Assembly (NCBI GenBank): GCA_002269645.1
Contig: NIVC01002236.1
Location: 1-64,000, forward strand
Direction: 5' to 3'
Length of the DNA stretch: 64,000 nt
Origin: Macrostomum lignano
Taxonomy: Eukaryota
Shown: positions 1-12,237 of the stretch, piece after piece
Position numbering within the stretch: the stretch's first letter is position 1
Layout of the letters: each line of letters opens with the position of its first letter
The notes under the pieces: model-generated
Told to the model about the DNA's origin: nothing
Database searches by the model: none
What the model saw: the letters and a program-made list of their open reading frames with translations, nothing else
Program-made: the position numbers and the translations under genes

Positions 1-707
1 GATCATTGGTGCACGAGAAACAGGCAAAAACAGGCTTCCATTTACACGAAAGTCACACCAGATGCAGGCGGTGGTGGCGACTATTAGTGGCAAAGCAATG
101 CAAAATTACGTAGTTTTATTCACATTAAAATACGTCTGCATGCACGAGAATGCACTAACACAAGTGTACTTTAAAGAAAACAAATTTGTAAACGAAAATT
201 TCCTGCAAAGTGCAGCGTTTTCGTTTCAAATTAAAGTGTCTTTTGACGTGAAACTACCAGCGCAGGTCTATTTGAAAATAAATTTTAAGAAAGAAATTAA
301 AAAATTCCGTACTGAACAAACCGAATTATGAAACTCGACGTGCTCTGTTAACAATATCGGTACAAACACGCATTTTTATCATCAGAGCGAGAACTGGATA
401 CGCCTAAAAAAAACTTTTCTGCTAAAAAACTATACAGCTTATATACAGCTATAAAGCAAAACACGCACAACAACAATTCCTATCGTTTCTTCGACTTTGC
501 TTTTTCGAACCGCTCTGCAAAACAAGATACTGGTACTTCGAAGTACGTAGTTCCGAGTCTTACTTTAGTGTACCAAAATATCCAGCATCCTAGACGTTGC
601 ATAATAACTGCTATATGAAATATTTTCCTTAGTCCATATCAAAGCTCAGCCGCTTCAAAACACAATTCTGAAAAAGAGAAACGCCAATCTACGCAGCGTC
701 AGCCGGT

Positions 708-2880
708 TTAGTAGTTTCGGCAGCTTTCGCCTGACCTGCCGCGGAGGCCGAATTCTTGCAGCTCCACCAGCTGCTGCAAGCCGCCGTCCTGATTGTCTTC
801 CTGGTCCGAGTTGCTGGACAGCCGCGGGGGCGGCAGGGCGCTCTCGCAGTGTGTTAGGCAGTCCGCGTCAACGATGCTGCTGTTGCAGCCAAACGCTCGA
901 TCTCTGGCGGCAGCATTCAGGCGACCGGCTCCTCCGGAGCTGTCCGCGCGCCGAATCTCGGTGCCTCCCTGGCGTCGGTGCAGATTGGCGCTGCTCTGGC
1001 GTCGCGAGTCGAAGCTATCGGCCCCAACGTGCCAGTCGAAGCAGCAGAATATTTTAGCGAGAACGCGACGGTAGCCGAGACGGAAGCGCTGCGACATGAA
1101 GTAGTAAACCACCGGGTTGGCTGTGGAGTTGGCAAAGCCAACCAAGTGCAGCATCACCATGGTGAACCCGTAGTTTTTGGCGTAGATGTCTCTGTAAAAT
1201 AGTCCGGCAACGTTCACGGCAAACCATGGCGTCCACGAAACGAGGAACAGAGCCGCGACCACGATCATCATTTTGGCGACCTGATTGGGTGAGAATAATC
1301 ATTGGCTTGATCGGTCTCAGTCAAAATTCTTTTTGTATGCTTATGCCTTTTGCCAGCTAACTAACATGACATTATGTGGCTTAGTTTGTAGAAGACTGGT
1401 TGGTTCCTCCGATCCCTGAGAACGAAAATACTCACCTGCTGGTATGTATCCAGGCGAACATTATTTAAACTTTATGAAAACCACAAGAATTTCTTGTTAC
1501 AGTGAACCCCAACTTTTTTGGCCAAGGGATCAGGACCTCCCTTTTCATTCACCTTCCTCTTGCTCTCCTCCCTGGAGGTCTTCTCCCTGACCGAGCTGCC
1601 CCTGCCGCGGCCATGCCTCCTGGAGCTGACAGCCCGCACGCTGCTCTCATTCTGCCCCGGCACCGGCCGCTGCAAAACCCGCACAATGGAGGCCGAGGTG
1701 AACACCACCACGCAGAGTGGCAGCAGGAACAGCAGGCAGAAGGCGGACATGACGTAAGCGTACCGGCCGCTCGGGCTGAAGCTGTCCATGCAGTGCTGGC
1801 TGCGCATGTCGCCGTAGCCGCTAACGCTGTGGAAGGCCTGGGCGGCCGGGTGCATCGCCTGCACCAGGCAGAAGGCGGCTGGGACGCACCAGGTGAGCAG
1901 AATGAATAGGCAGGTGCGACGGCTTGATTGGAATAGCAGACTGCGCAGCGGGTGCACGATGGCTAGGAACCTGGTTTAGGAGTAAGAGAGTTGCTTTTGA
2001 GCAAATGAGCTCCAAACCATTAAACGAATCTTAACGGTCTGACGACAAAACTTCAAGTTAGCAAAACAGATTTCGGGTTAATATGCCTTTCGCCAAATGC
2101 TCTCACGGTGTTGTAGCCACTGGTTAGAGCGTCGGAACAATTTTCTCGACCCATTCGGAATAAATTGTGTCCTTGAGCAAGACACTTAACTCTGCATTGC
2201 TTCAGTTCACCCAGCTGTAAAATGGGTGCCAGCATTAGCTGGGGTAATTGCTGGTGTGTGTGGCGACCCCCCAGCTCTTGGACTGAACAGCCGTACGCAG
2301 CCTTCAATGCGTACGCTCTAACATTTGTCTTAATTTTTGCATCTAGCTAGTACATGTAGGTCAAATCGTCCAAGAGTCGGATATGCATGCCCCCAAGCCC
2401 CCTTCAGTTAACCAGCATTCTAAGCTAAGGAAGCAAGTCCAAGATAGTAGGCAATGCAATCAGTATAGAACCCGCTCTCAGTTGTCTAACAACTCACCTC
2501 TCAATGCAGATGACAACCAGCGTGAACAGGCTGGCAAAAACCAGCACCATCATGCAGAAGGTGACGAACGCGCAGCCCAGCCGATTGAACAGCTTGGCCG
2601 CAAGCCAACAGGGTCCCAGTAGCTGAAGGCCCTTCAGCGGCACCACCAAGGCGGCGGCCATGAGGTCAGCCGCTGCCAGGTTCAACACGTAGCAGTTGGT
2701 GACGGTTCGCATTGCTCTGTGCAGACAGATGGTGCAGACAACCAGCAAGTTGCCGAAGAACATCATCAGCCCGACGCTGATCCAGACAGCCGCGAGCCCG
2801 GCGCGGACAGCGGGCAGCTGCAGGAGGTCCCAATACTCGGTGGAGTTCACCTCGTGGCAGGTGACAGCAGAAGATGACAT
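708..2880 (-). CDS. Class A peptide GPCR (QRFP/orexin-receptor-like), 3 exons: 2880-2498, 1970-1553, 1280-708; 457 aa
   Basis: GT-AG junctions in matching phase join the exons into one 1374-nt frame. Motifs: TM1 GNLLVV, MRTVTN..LNLAAADL, ERFLAIVHP (rebuilt across intron 1), TM6 SWTP, TM7 NSTANPVVY. The subfamily call rests on recalled motif similarity only. Confidence 0.9.
2105..2310 (+). mobile_element. tRNA-derived SINE with CORE-like domain (family 1, copy 1), in GPCR intron 1
   Basis: Contains GTGTCCTTGAGCAAGACACTTAAC...CTGTAAAATGGG, which resembles the MIR/CORE domain. Alignable by eye to copies at 5216 and 14670. Confidence 0.7.
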
Positions 2881-2968
2881 CGTGCAACTGAGCCAACTAC
2901 TGAGTTGTGTGACAGCCGCACTGTTTAAGAAACTTTAGATGAGTCAGTTGGAGAAGCTGGCACCCCAG

Positions 2969-3022
2969 TTTATAAGCTGCCCGGCCCCCAGATCCCAGCC
3001 CCCGCTCCGCATCACAGCCAAT
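2969..3022 (-). promoter_or_regulatory. Putative TATA (TATAAA, 2974-2969) and CCAAT box upstream of the GPCR
   Basis: Motifs lie about 90 and 140 nt upstream of the ATG at 2880. Motif match only. Confidence 0.35.
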
Positions 3023-3699
3023 GGAAGAAAGAGCGAGAGAGGCGAGAGGAGAGGAAGCTCCTGGTTAGAGGCTGGAGGGAGAGTCTAATTATTAGCGGTT
3101 CGTTTCCAGGTGGAAAGTCATTTTTTAATCATTTTGACTGCCGTCGACCAGATTGCGGCAACTCACCGCCAATTTGATGCTCTTCCGGTTCCATTTTCGA
3201 CTCGTCATGCCGATTGAAGTCGTGAAATCTCCTCAGGGGATTGACGAGATTCAGAGATTGATTCCTATAGTCAAAAGCCTGTCAACAATTAGAAGGCCAA
3301 GGTTAAAAAAACTTTACGCATTTCAGTATCCTTCGGTTTAACGCACTTTTATCATTCTTTTCTGCGCACCAGCCTCAGGATAGCGTCTGGTTCGTTTAAA
3401 CACCATTTCAGCCTGAGCTGGGTTGCTATAGAAACAATTTTGCTCGGCCCGTAAAATATCCCAATGCGCAAATATTTACAGTGCCGAGAAAAAATTCAGT
3501 GCAAACCTGCTGTTTGGGGATATTTTAGACAGTGTCTGCAAGTGCTCTTAAAAATTTGATATTTTACGCACTGGTACACGTGTACCGACCTGTTGAAACA
3601 CATAATTCTTTCGGACACCGCCTAGTCCGTGTGTTTGCTTATAACTTGAACTGCAGGAGCGGCAAGAACTTTTATTGGAGGCCGCAACCGGACGCCAAG

Positions 3700-3990
3700 G
3701 TTTGGTGCCTTGGTGGACGAACCTGTCTCTTGGTGAGCGACCCTGTCTCTTTTGGTGGACGAACCTGTCTCTTGGTGAGCGACCCTGTCTCTTTTGGTGG
3801 GCGCCCCTGTCTCTTGGTGAGCGACCCTGTCTCTTTTGGTGGGCGCCCCTGTCTCTTGGTGAGCGACCCTGTCTCTTGGTGAGCGACCCTGTCTCTTGGT
3901 GGGCACACTTGTCTCTTGGTGGGTGCCCCTGTCTCTTTGTCTCTTGGTGGGCGCCCCTGTCTCTTTGTCTCTTGGTGGGCGCCTCTGTCT
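3700..3990. repeat. Degenerate tandem repeat (CCTGTCTCTTGGTG-based units), part of a dispersed repeat family
   Basis: Repeated cctgtctctt(tt)ggtg units. A related array with a similar flank occurs inverted at about 34650-34820. Confidence 0.8.
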
Positions 3991-5215
3991 TCTCAAAGGC
4001 ACCCTTATTTCGAAAGAGGGTGCTCCTACCCCTGCTTTTTAATGCTCTTTGGATACCACGGTCAAAAGATGACAAAAATAGGTTTGCCATTCGAAAACGC
4101 AGTTTGTCCAGCTTGGTTGCCTCTTTTCGTCAATTTTTGGAGATGCACGATTTTCGTGGGGTTTTCGTGGGGGCTTCCCCGGCCCCTCTCCCTTTATGGT
4201 CCTATCCCATGACCTTGACAGAGAACTTCCCATCAATTGAGAGCTGGAGCAATTTTCGACGATTTTGAAATTCAGCACTGCTAAACAGTGCGAATGAAGC
4301 TGGTCGTTACTCGCTATCCTAAGACCAATTAGATATCAGCGCAGCGTAATCTGCTACATAAATGATTTCGGAGCTCTATAAGCACTCAGCTAAGTCGGTT
4401 AAAGTATAACAATAGGCAGTTTATGCTGAAAATTGCCCTGGGCACCAAAAACTGCTGTATTGCAATTAAACTGTCTGGCTCAGTGTCTCACTGATTTTCG
4501 TGAATATGGACATAATCAAACAGTTTAGGGTGAGGGGGTGCAGACAGAGACGCTTCTTAGCCCAAGGGCTCAGCTCATATGCACTTCAATAAGACTCTTA
4601 GTGAGGCTGTCTTAATGCTCGTAATTCTCAAGATATTCGCAATGATTCGTAATGACTCCTCGAGGTAGGCGGCTCGAAAAAGAGGCTCGAATTCGGTCAT
4701 TTTAAGTAGGAAGCAAAGCGAATAGAAAGGAGCAAAAGCGAATAAGAAAACTGTCCAAGCATGCTCTCTCTCGAGTTCAAAGCTCGAAGCTGTCTCAAGC
4801 TGCCCACTGCTTTTCGCAGAATACTGCGAGTAAGAGCTGGAGACAGGAGAGAAGTAATTCTAAGCAGGTAGCAACTGGTCTCACAGCGGGAAACTTACGG
4901 GTAACCTTACTTGATAGGCAGTCTTTAAATTCTATTTCATTATGCATGCTCGTAAATAATGAAAATTTTCCTGATTTTCCCACGTGTCATAGTCGTCCTT
5001 ACAAGAAGATTTTGGTTGGCTGTTGTGCTTTTTAATTACAGCACTACCATCTAAATGTACGCTGGCATCGCCCTGGCTAAAGCTTTTCTAATGCTGTTGC
5101 ATGTGGCTCGCATTTATATTGTTTATAGTTAAATGTGCAATAACAACATGCCGTAAACACGCCTGATACCCAGAAGAAACCTCTGAACAAATTCTAAGCG
5201 GATCTATTGCAATAG

Positions 5216-5425
5216 ATGGCTAGTGGTAGCCTTGTGGTTTGAGCGTCTGACTCCCCACTTGAAGGTCGGGGGTTCGAGTTCCGATTCCGCTGGAACAATT
5301 TGTATCCATTCTTGAGCAAGACACTTAACCCTGCATTGCTTCGTTCACCCAGCGGGGTAATTGAGGGTGGGTGTGGTGACTCCCCAGTCCTTGAACTGAA
5401 CAGCCGTACGCAACCTTCAGATGCG
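5216..5425 (+). mobile_element. tRNA-derived CORE-like SINE (family 1, copy 2)
   Basis: A-box-like TAGCCTTGTGGT, B-box GGTTCGAGTTCC, then CTTGAGCAAGACACTTAAC core and the shared 3' end GAACAGCCGTACGCAACCTTCAGATGC. Confidence 0.75.
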
Positions 5426-6593
5426 CCGCGCAATAGCGGCGGCTGAGCTGTCGGTAGCACATCTGGCCCAATCGGGGCAGTTTTAATCAGTTATTATTAT
5501 TACGCGTATTATTGCAATACACAAATTCTAGTTAGAGCTACACAATAAAATATAAATATAGTCTAGGAAAAAATGATGCTTCAGTCACACAATATTATTG
5601 CATGCTTTGGTTTTCATGATTTTAACGCTTGTCATGCTGGGTGAGGGGGGGTGACTAATTAGCCGTGTTTGCATTGCCCAGTCAGTCAATTTTTTAAACT
5701 TTACACAGGTAATCTGAGAACTAAGAATTTGCCTCTAACAAACGGCAAAACTGAAAATTTGACAAGCCAAAATGAAATTAGTGCAAGGTTAGCTTGGCTT
5801 TGCTTAAGAGTATTAAATTTCATTTTCTCAGTGATATGGCCTGAAGAAGCCAGAAAAAACTCAAAATTGGTTTTTAGTTTGCTCAGAGCAAAACTGATCT
5901 TGCGGCACGACTTTTACAGCTAATTGCACCCAGCTTTGAATGTTTAATCAGGTTTATAGCGGTGGTTAGTAAGCTTTTCGAGTATATTATGGAAGGACGT
6001 TGTGTCATGGCAATGTCTCGACCAAGGACCACTGGAATGTTATAGTTCTAGTCTAGTAGTCCTTATATTACTCAGGGTATGTTCTCGATTCAGAAACTCA
6101 GACGGTCAGATGCGCATAAATTTGATTAGTCAGTGATAAAAACTGACAACTTTCCATCTCGCTTCAGTAAAATATGTAAGTGTAGCGTCCTTATGATTGT
6201 CCACGCATTGGCTCTAAGGCAACTCTTTGATTCTGCAGCAAACTTGGCTCTGTTGGGTTCAGGCAGACAAACAGATGCAAACCTCAAATTCACTATAAAG
6301 TGTGTCTCTTTATGATTTTTTGCATTACGTTTTTTTTCTCACACACGATAAACTTGTATTCCATCTATCTCAGGCACTACTGCATTTGCGCATTTGCTTC
6401 TTCAACAAAACTTTGCATTCAAGCACAGAATTTATGGCAGCACTTAGCGGTAGGGCCGTAGGGCACGTTTTGGCAAGAACGTCACGTGCTACGAAAATGT
6501 CCAATAAATTTCGTTGGCCCCGAGCTGAGCTCTGGAAAACGTGCTCAGAACCCACACCGCAAACGCACGCATTCGCAGGTGATAGGGTGTGTC

Positions 6594-6656
6594 TATAAAA
6601 GCAACGAATTTCAAAGACCTTTCTTTTCTTGTCAAGCCCGAACCGCACCTGAGTCA
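6594..6656 (+). promoter_or_regulatory. TATA box (TATAAAA 6594-6600) and AP-1 motif (TGAGTCA 6650-6656) of the peptide gene
   Basis: Exact motif matches upstream of ATG 6698. AATAAA at 7332-7337 lies downstream of the stop. Confidence 0.55.
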
Positions 6657-6697
6657 TTGAGAATCTTGCAAGTCACCAACAACGCCAAAGCAACAAC

Positions 6698-7137
6698 ATG
6701 CACCGCCTGACTGTGGCTCTGCTGCTTCTGTCTCTGACTGCTGTGTTTGTCTGCTCGGCCTATGAAGATTCCGATTATGCCGATGACTACGGTGAGACCC
6801 GCATAAGTGGAGATCGAGTTTTTTAAATTAGGTTTTTAGCTATCGGCATAGCCAGCATTTTTTTTTGTAAAAAATTTCAGCCGAGGAACCGGCTCTGGAA
6901 TCTGATGAGGCCGATGACGATGAGGATCTTCAGAAGTGAGTCCAGTGTGGCTTGTAGCTAGCTGCTTCACTGTCTTCTATCTCAAATATTCCTCAAGTTA
7001 TCCCAACTCTTAACTCTGTGTAGCAAAACTACGTAGAAATTAATTTGGCACCAACTGAAATTCCCCCTTATAATTTCAGGCGATGCAGGTGGGTGTACCG
7101 AAGGAAGCACAAGCGGCACACACTGGCGTGTCCTTGA
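6698..7137 (+). CDS. Secreted prepro-peptide, 68 aa, 3 exons: 6698-6791, 6881-6935, 7080-7137; candidate cationic single-disulfide host-defence peptide
   Basis: Strong splice sites (G|gtgaga, tttcag|CC, AA|gtgagt, tttcag|G) in matching phases give MHRLTVALLLLSLTAVFVCSA-YEDSDYADDYAEEPALESDEADDDEDLQ-KR-CRWVYRRKHKRHTLACP*. Hydrophobic signal peptide, acidic propiece, dibasic site, TATA and polyA signal. Confidence 0.85.
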
Positions 7138-7472
7138 GCTGCTCAAGCCAGCCACTTCTCACGGAGGCGACAAATACTTCGAAATTTAGTTTAACAACAA
7201 ATAGTTACTTCAGTGTTCGCCAGAAGCAGTAACCTCTTAAAAAATCTTGTTAAGTCTCTCTAACAGAGTTCTTTCCCCCCGAAGATCGGATGCTAACTTT
7301 TCCATTACACAGATAGCTTGTATATCCACAAAATAAAACACCTGTATAACTTCTCTTGTTTTTTGGCAAAAAGTTACCGCGAAACAATCTAAATATACGA
7401 GTAGCTACTTCAAGTTACCTATCACAGCTTATATTTCTTTCCATACAAATGGAGTGTCAGGCTTTTGTTTGT

Positions 7473-8163
<691 letters not shown>

Positions 8164-8640
8164 GTAGTCGTAGATAATACTTAAAAAGCTTTTGCCCGCC
8201 CGATGCTACTGCAGGTTTGAGCGCGTGCTTATGAGCATTGAAAGCTCTTATCGTAGCGTAGCAAGCCACTCTGGTGCGTCCCTTTTTATTTTGCTTTATA
8301 ATTGCGGCAGAGAATCGAAGCCGCAGCGTTTGTTTATGCCTGGAATTGGGTTTACTTTCTGTCCATTGTTGAAAGCTTCTTTCATTTTATCATCCAGTCT
8401 AAATTACTGTTGCAGTCTCACTTTTGTGCTTTGGGTTGGTACTGTTGTCCACCCCGGGGCAGCTAAGGTGCGTTCATTATTTCAGACGGATTATAATGCA
8501 GAGCATCGTATGCAGGTAAGAGACGAATTAAGTTGCTTAAAGCTTCACAGAGAGTTTGCACAATTTGTTTCGGCTGAAATTAGACAAGCGAACGATTTAC
8601 AGAATGCTGTTATTCGAACTTTATGAGACTCGTTTTTGGC

Positions 8641-9155
8641 CACTGATACTCGAGCTTTGGGGCACTGAGACTCGTACCGCGTGTTTGAGTCACTGAGACT
8701 CGAGTTTTGGGCAACTGAGACTCCTACGTGTTTGAGTCACTGAGACTCGAGTTTTGGGCAACTGAGACTCCTACGTGTGTTGAGTCACTGAGACTCGAGT
8801 TTTAAGCAACTGAGACTCCTACGTGTGTTGAGTCACTGAGACTCGAGTTTTAAGCAACTGAGACTCCTACGTGTGTTGAGTCACTGAGACTCGAGTTTTA
8901 AGCAACTGAGACTCCTACGTGATTTGAGTCACTGAGACTCGAGTTTTAAGCAACTGAGACTCCTACGTGTGTTGAGTCACTGAGACTCGAGTTTTAAGCA
9001 ACTGAGACTCCTACGTGTGTTGAGTCACTGAAGACTCGATTTTTGGGGCAACTGAGAGAGGACTCCTACGTGATTTGAGTCACTGAAGACTCGAGTTTTA
9101 AGCAACTGAGACTCGTACGCTCGTACATGTTTTGAGTCACTGATACTCGAGTTTG
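8641..9155. repeat. 48-bp minisatellite, about 11 units, 10 carrying TGAGTCA
   Basis: Unit GAGTCACTGAGACTCGAGTTTTAAGCAACTGAGACTCCTACGTGTGTT. 48-bp period confirmed at 8781/8829/8877/8925/8973/9021. Confidence 0.95.
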
Positions 9156-9843
9156 GGGCCACATGCGATGGACCAAAATTCATATAAATCTGATTACAGT
9201 ATATGATTAAAGACGAACTTTAAATTTATTAAGTAACCAAGAAAATACAAAATGATGTACTTGAAAAAGTCTTATAGACTTTAGACTTTTTGCGAAAGTC
9301 ACTCACAAAACCGTTAGAACACTGAGTTAAAAACAGAGGATTAGAGGTGGTAGAAGTCACTGAATGAGAATGTATAGCTCTGTGCTTGAGTTTCCTCACG
9401 AATTGCTCTTTCTTTAATACCCCTTGGCTACCAGAGAACTCTGCATTAATTGAGCTGGAGCACTGAAGTTAACTGCAATTGCAAAAGCAATCAGTAGCTA
9501 TTGCAATGGTTAGAGAAGTGGTTAGCGTATTGCGTTTTCTGGTTTTGGCCGCACATAATGACTGCATAGTAGCCAGGGCAATCAAAGGTTTCTATTTTAT
9601 GAATATGAGTCTGATGAGCAGTACTGCACACGTGAGCATCGGTTGTTAGTCTAAGACACGTGAGCTAGTTTCGAGCTGAAAATTCTCTAACAAATTACTG
9701 CATTACCAACAATAAAAGGCTGGCCTTTTGAGTCAGTCTGCATATTTGGGTGGAAGGTTTAGCAATATTTTTGCCCGTGAGTCACGCGCTTCTAGTGCTA
9801 CAACAGCTTTGGCTAAATCATCTGAAACCACTGCGCTGCCATC

Positions 9844-10462
9844 ATGAGCCGCTTCACTGTGACCCTTCTATTCGTGTCTCTATGGTGGTCATGCTAGCTC
9901 GCACAAGTCTTGCGGAATTCAACGGCGATTCTAACTACGGAAATTATGGCGATTGCAGTTCTTTTGCTTTAAAGCAGCTTTTTTCTTGTGATATGCATGT
10001 ATTATGCATTCAGATGAAACAACCAAGGGTACTGCTACGTACTGTATTAATTAATGCATCCATGCTTTTGTGACGGTGTTGTTCAGAATTTAAGAACTCA
10101 CCGAAAGAACGGAGACAGAGTGACAAATATTGGGGCCGTGCACAGGTGTCAAAGTCAATAGCAAAATTCAAAAGATGCTTCAATATATTTATGTACCTCT
10201 GTATACATGCACTTTGCCTCATGCATATTACTTTCCAGGTGCTTTAGAAGAGCCCGCGACAGTCGACGAGTCTGAGACTTCTGATGACGAAAGCGGCGAT
10301 GTTGAAGAGTAAGTTCAAAGCACTGATAAACTGCACAGTTTAATATGAGTTATTGAGAAGTCACAGAACTAACACCTACTACATGTACATGTATATCGCA
10401 ATTTCAGACGCTGCAAATGGAAGTTCGACAGGAAAATTGGTTATTTCAGAAACTTCTGCTAA
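9844..10462 (+). pseudogene. Paralogue of the 6698 peptide gene: exon 1 from 9844 (frameshifted), exon 10239-10308, exon 10408-10462; mature peptide CKWKFDRKIGYFRNFC
   Basis: MSRFTVTLLFVSL matches MHRLTVALLLLSL, then a 1-nt frameshift (TAG 9895-9897); the shifted frame continues SLAEFNGDSNYGNY. The acidic exon (phase 1 to 2) contains EEPA. The last exon encodes R-CKWKFDRKIGYFRNFC* with the same C-X14-C spacing. The exon-1 donor is non-canonical (g|gcgatt). Assembly error cannot be excluded. Confidence 0.75.
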
Positions 10463-11433
10463 AATGATATTTGCAACATTTGAATTTAGTATATACAGCT
10501 GGATAAATTGGGCCAGCTTAAGGTCTTCATTTTTTCACTGCGCTGCACGTACTCCACCAAGGGTTGAATGGAAAAATTTAATTATATAAAATCAATAAAA
10601 TTTATTTACTTTATGACTTGTGTAGAAATAACATGTGGCAAAAAAATGACAAAATTTTCTTAATAGTGAAGTCACAAAGCTCTTGCATGGTTTTTCGCTT
10701 AATTGATGTGGTAACTATACTTGCATGCTTATGTACTCTAATGTATAGCGCGCTGTTCAGTCTTGAGAACTACATGTACTGTATAGCCTCCATTACGTTT
10801 ATCCTTAAACGTTTATCCCATAAATTTCGTTTTCTTCATCATTCTAGATATCATGACAAAGAGCTAGAGTTACCTTTATATGAATTACATGCTGTAACTA
10901 CCACGAACTAGCAGCTTTGCATACAAAAAGTACACGTACCGTTACCAATTAGTAACAATGCAACACTACATGCAAGGACATGTATACTTCAATGTACATA
11001 CATGTACATGTACATGTACGTGGTCTTTTTAATTTGGCAAGGACCACTGCTGTATATAACAGTTATATACTGCGGCCCTTGCATTTTGGTACAGTATCAA
11101 ATATTTTGTATGACTAAATTTACTATGGAATTATTAGTACAAACCAATAATGTTTTTAGGAATAAAGTTATTATCCTAACCGCCACAAACCCTCTGTAAA
11201 AAAATTGTTCAACTGACAAATGCACTCATAACTGAACGTAATCAGCCAAGTAGATTTTGTAAGATTTCGTAGCAAAACTTACCGGCATCTAAATATTGTT
11301 TTAACTGACAATTTTAAAATATGTAATTTGTAAGAAACACTTACGATGAACTCTGACGTGAGGCCGTGAGCATTTGACTCGACACTCGAGGCTGACACAA
11401 ATGATACCAACTGTCAATAATCAAGATATTTTA

Positions 11434-11962
11434 GGCAGTGCTTATCCCCACGGTACCGTAGGAATAATTTCTGTCTTATTCCAACGGTACCGTGCGAATA
11501 ATTTTCTGTTTATCCGCACGGCACACTGAGGAGATAGCTGCCCTATCTTCTACATATGCCGTGTGGGAAGTTTAGTACATACGATTTGAGTGCAGTATAA
11601 CAACTTTGTTGAATTATTGTTGAATAAGTATACAGAAGGGTATCAGTAAAGCAGAATAACACGCATTTACACATGCATATACTAGTCTAGAACTGATTCG
11701 AGTTTATACATCATCAAGATCAACAGCTTCTTAGTATCCTCAGTTCAAATTCCCTTTCAATAAGCTATAAACTATTCACGCACAGCATATGTAGCAGATA
11801 AAAACCGATAGGGCAGCTAGTAAAGCAGAGGGAATAAAACAGAGGACGTGTAGGGCAGCTATCTCGTCAGTGTGCCGTGCGGATAAGCAGAAAATTATTC
11901 GCACGGTACCGTTGGAATAAGACAGAAATTATTCCTACGGTACCGTGCGGATAAGCACTGCC
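11434..11962. mobile_element. Non-autonomous DNA transposon (MULE/Mutator-type MITE), 529 bp
   Basis: About 111-bp near-perfect TIRs (GGCAGTGCTTATCC...GCTGCCCTA) and a perfect 9-bp TSD GATATTTTA at 11425-11433 and 11963-11971. Confidence 0.9.
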
Positions 11963-12237
11963 GATATTTTAACACATCGCAAATGCAAAAAACACGGTTT
12001 ACAACTTTAATAATCTTTTTTAGATGAATTATTTTTTGTTGTTGTGCTCACCATAAAATTTTCTAATCGACTAAATGTTTATTTTACTAATACCATGCCA
12101 TGGTACTTTTTCTTGTTGAATCACTTAGGCGTGTAAACCTGGACCTATAGGCTGTACGAGTATTATACAATGGGATTTGTATTGTATTTGTATTGACCAT
12201 CCATATTGTTAGCCTGATTTTCATATTGGTTCATAGG

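Noticed and set aside
3532-4278. Overlapping ORFs of 78-197 aa
   Set aside because: They are products of the degenerate tandem repeat with no domain signature.
5216-5290. tRNA gene
   Set aside because: A/B boxes are present but no full cloverleaf can be drawn, and it runs into the SINE body. The same applies to 34950 and 44062.
8641-9155. CRISPR-like array with palindromic repeats
   Set aside because: It has short inverted repeats but the sequence between them is also repeated, so it is a plain minisatellite.
9611-9640. Hammerhead ribozyme (CTGATGA followed by a GCAG/CTGC hairpin)
   Set aside because: No GAAA core follows stem II.
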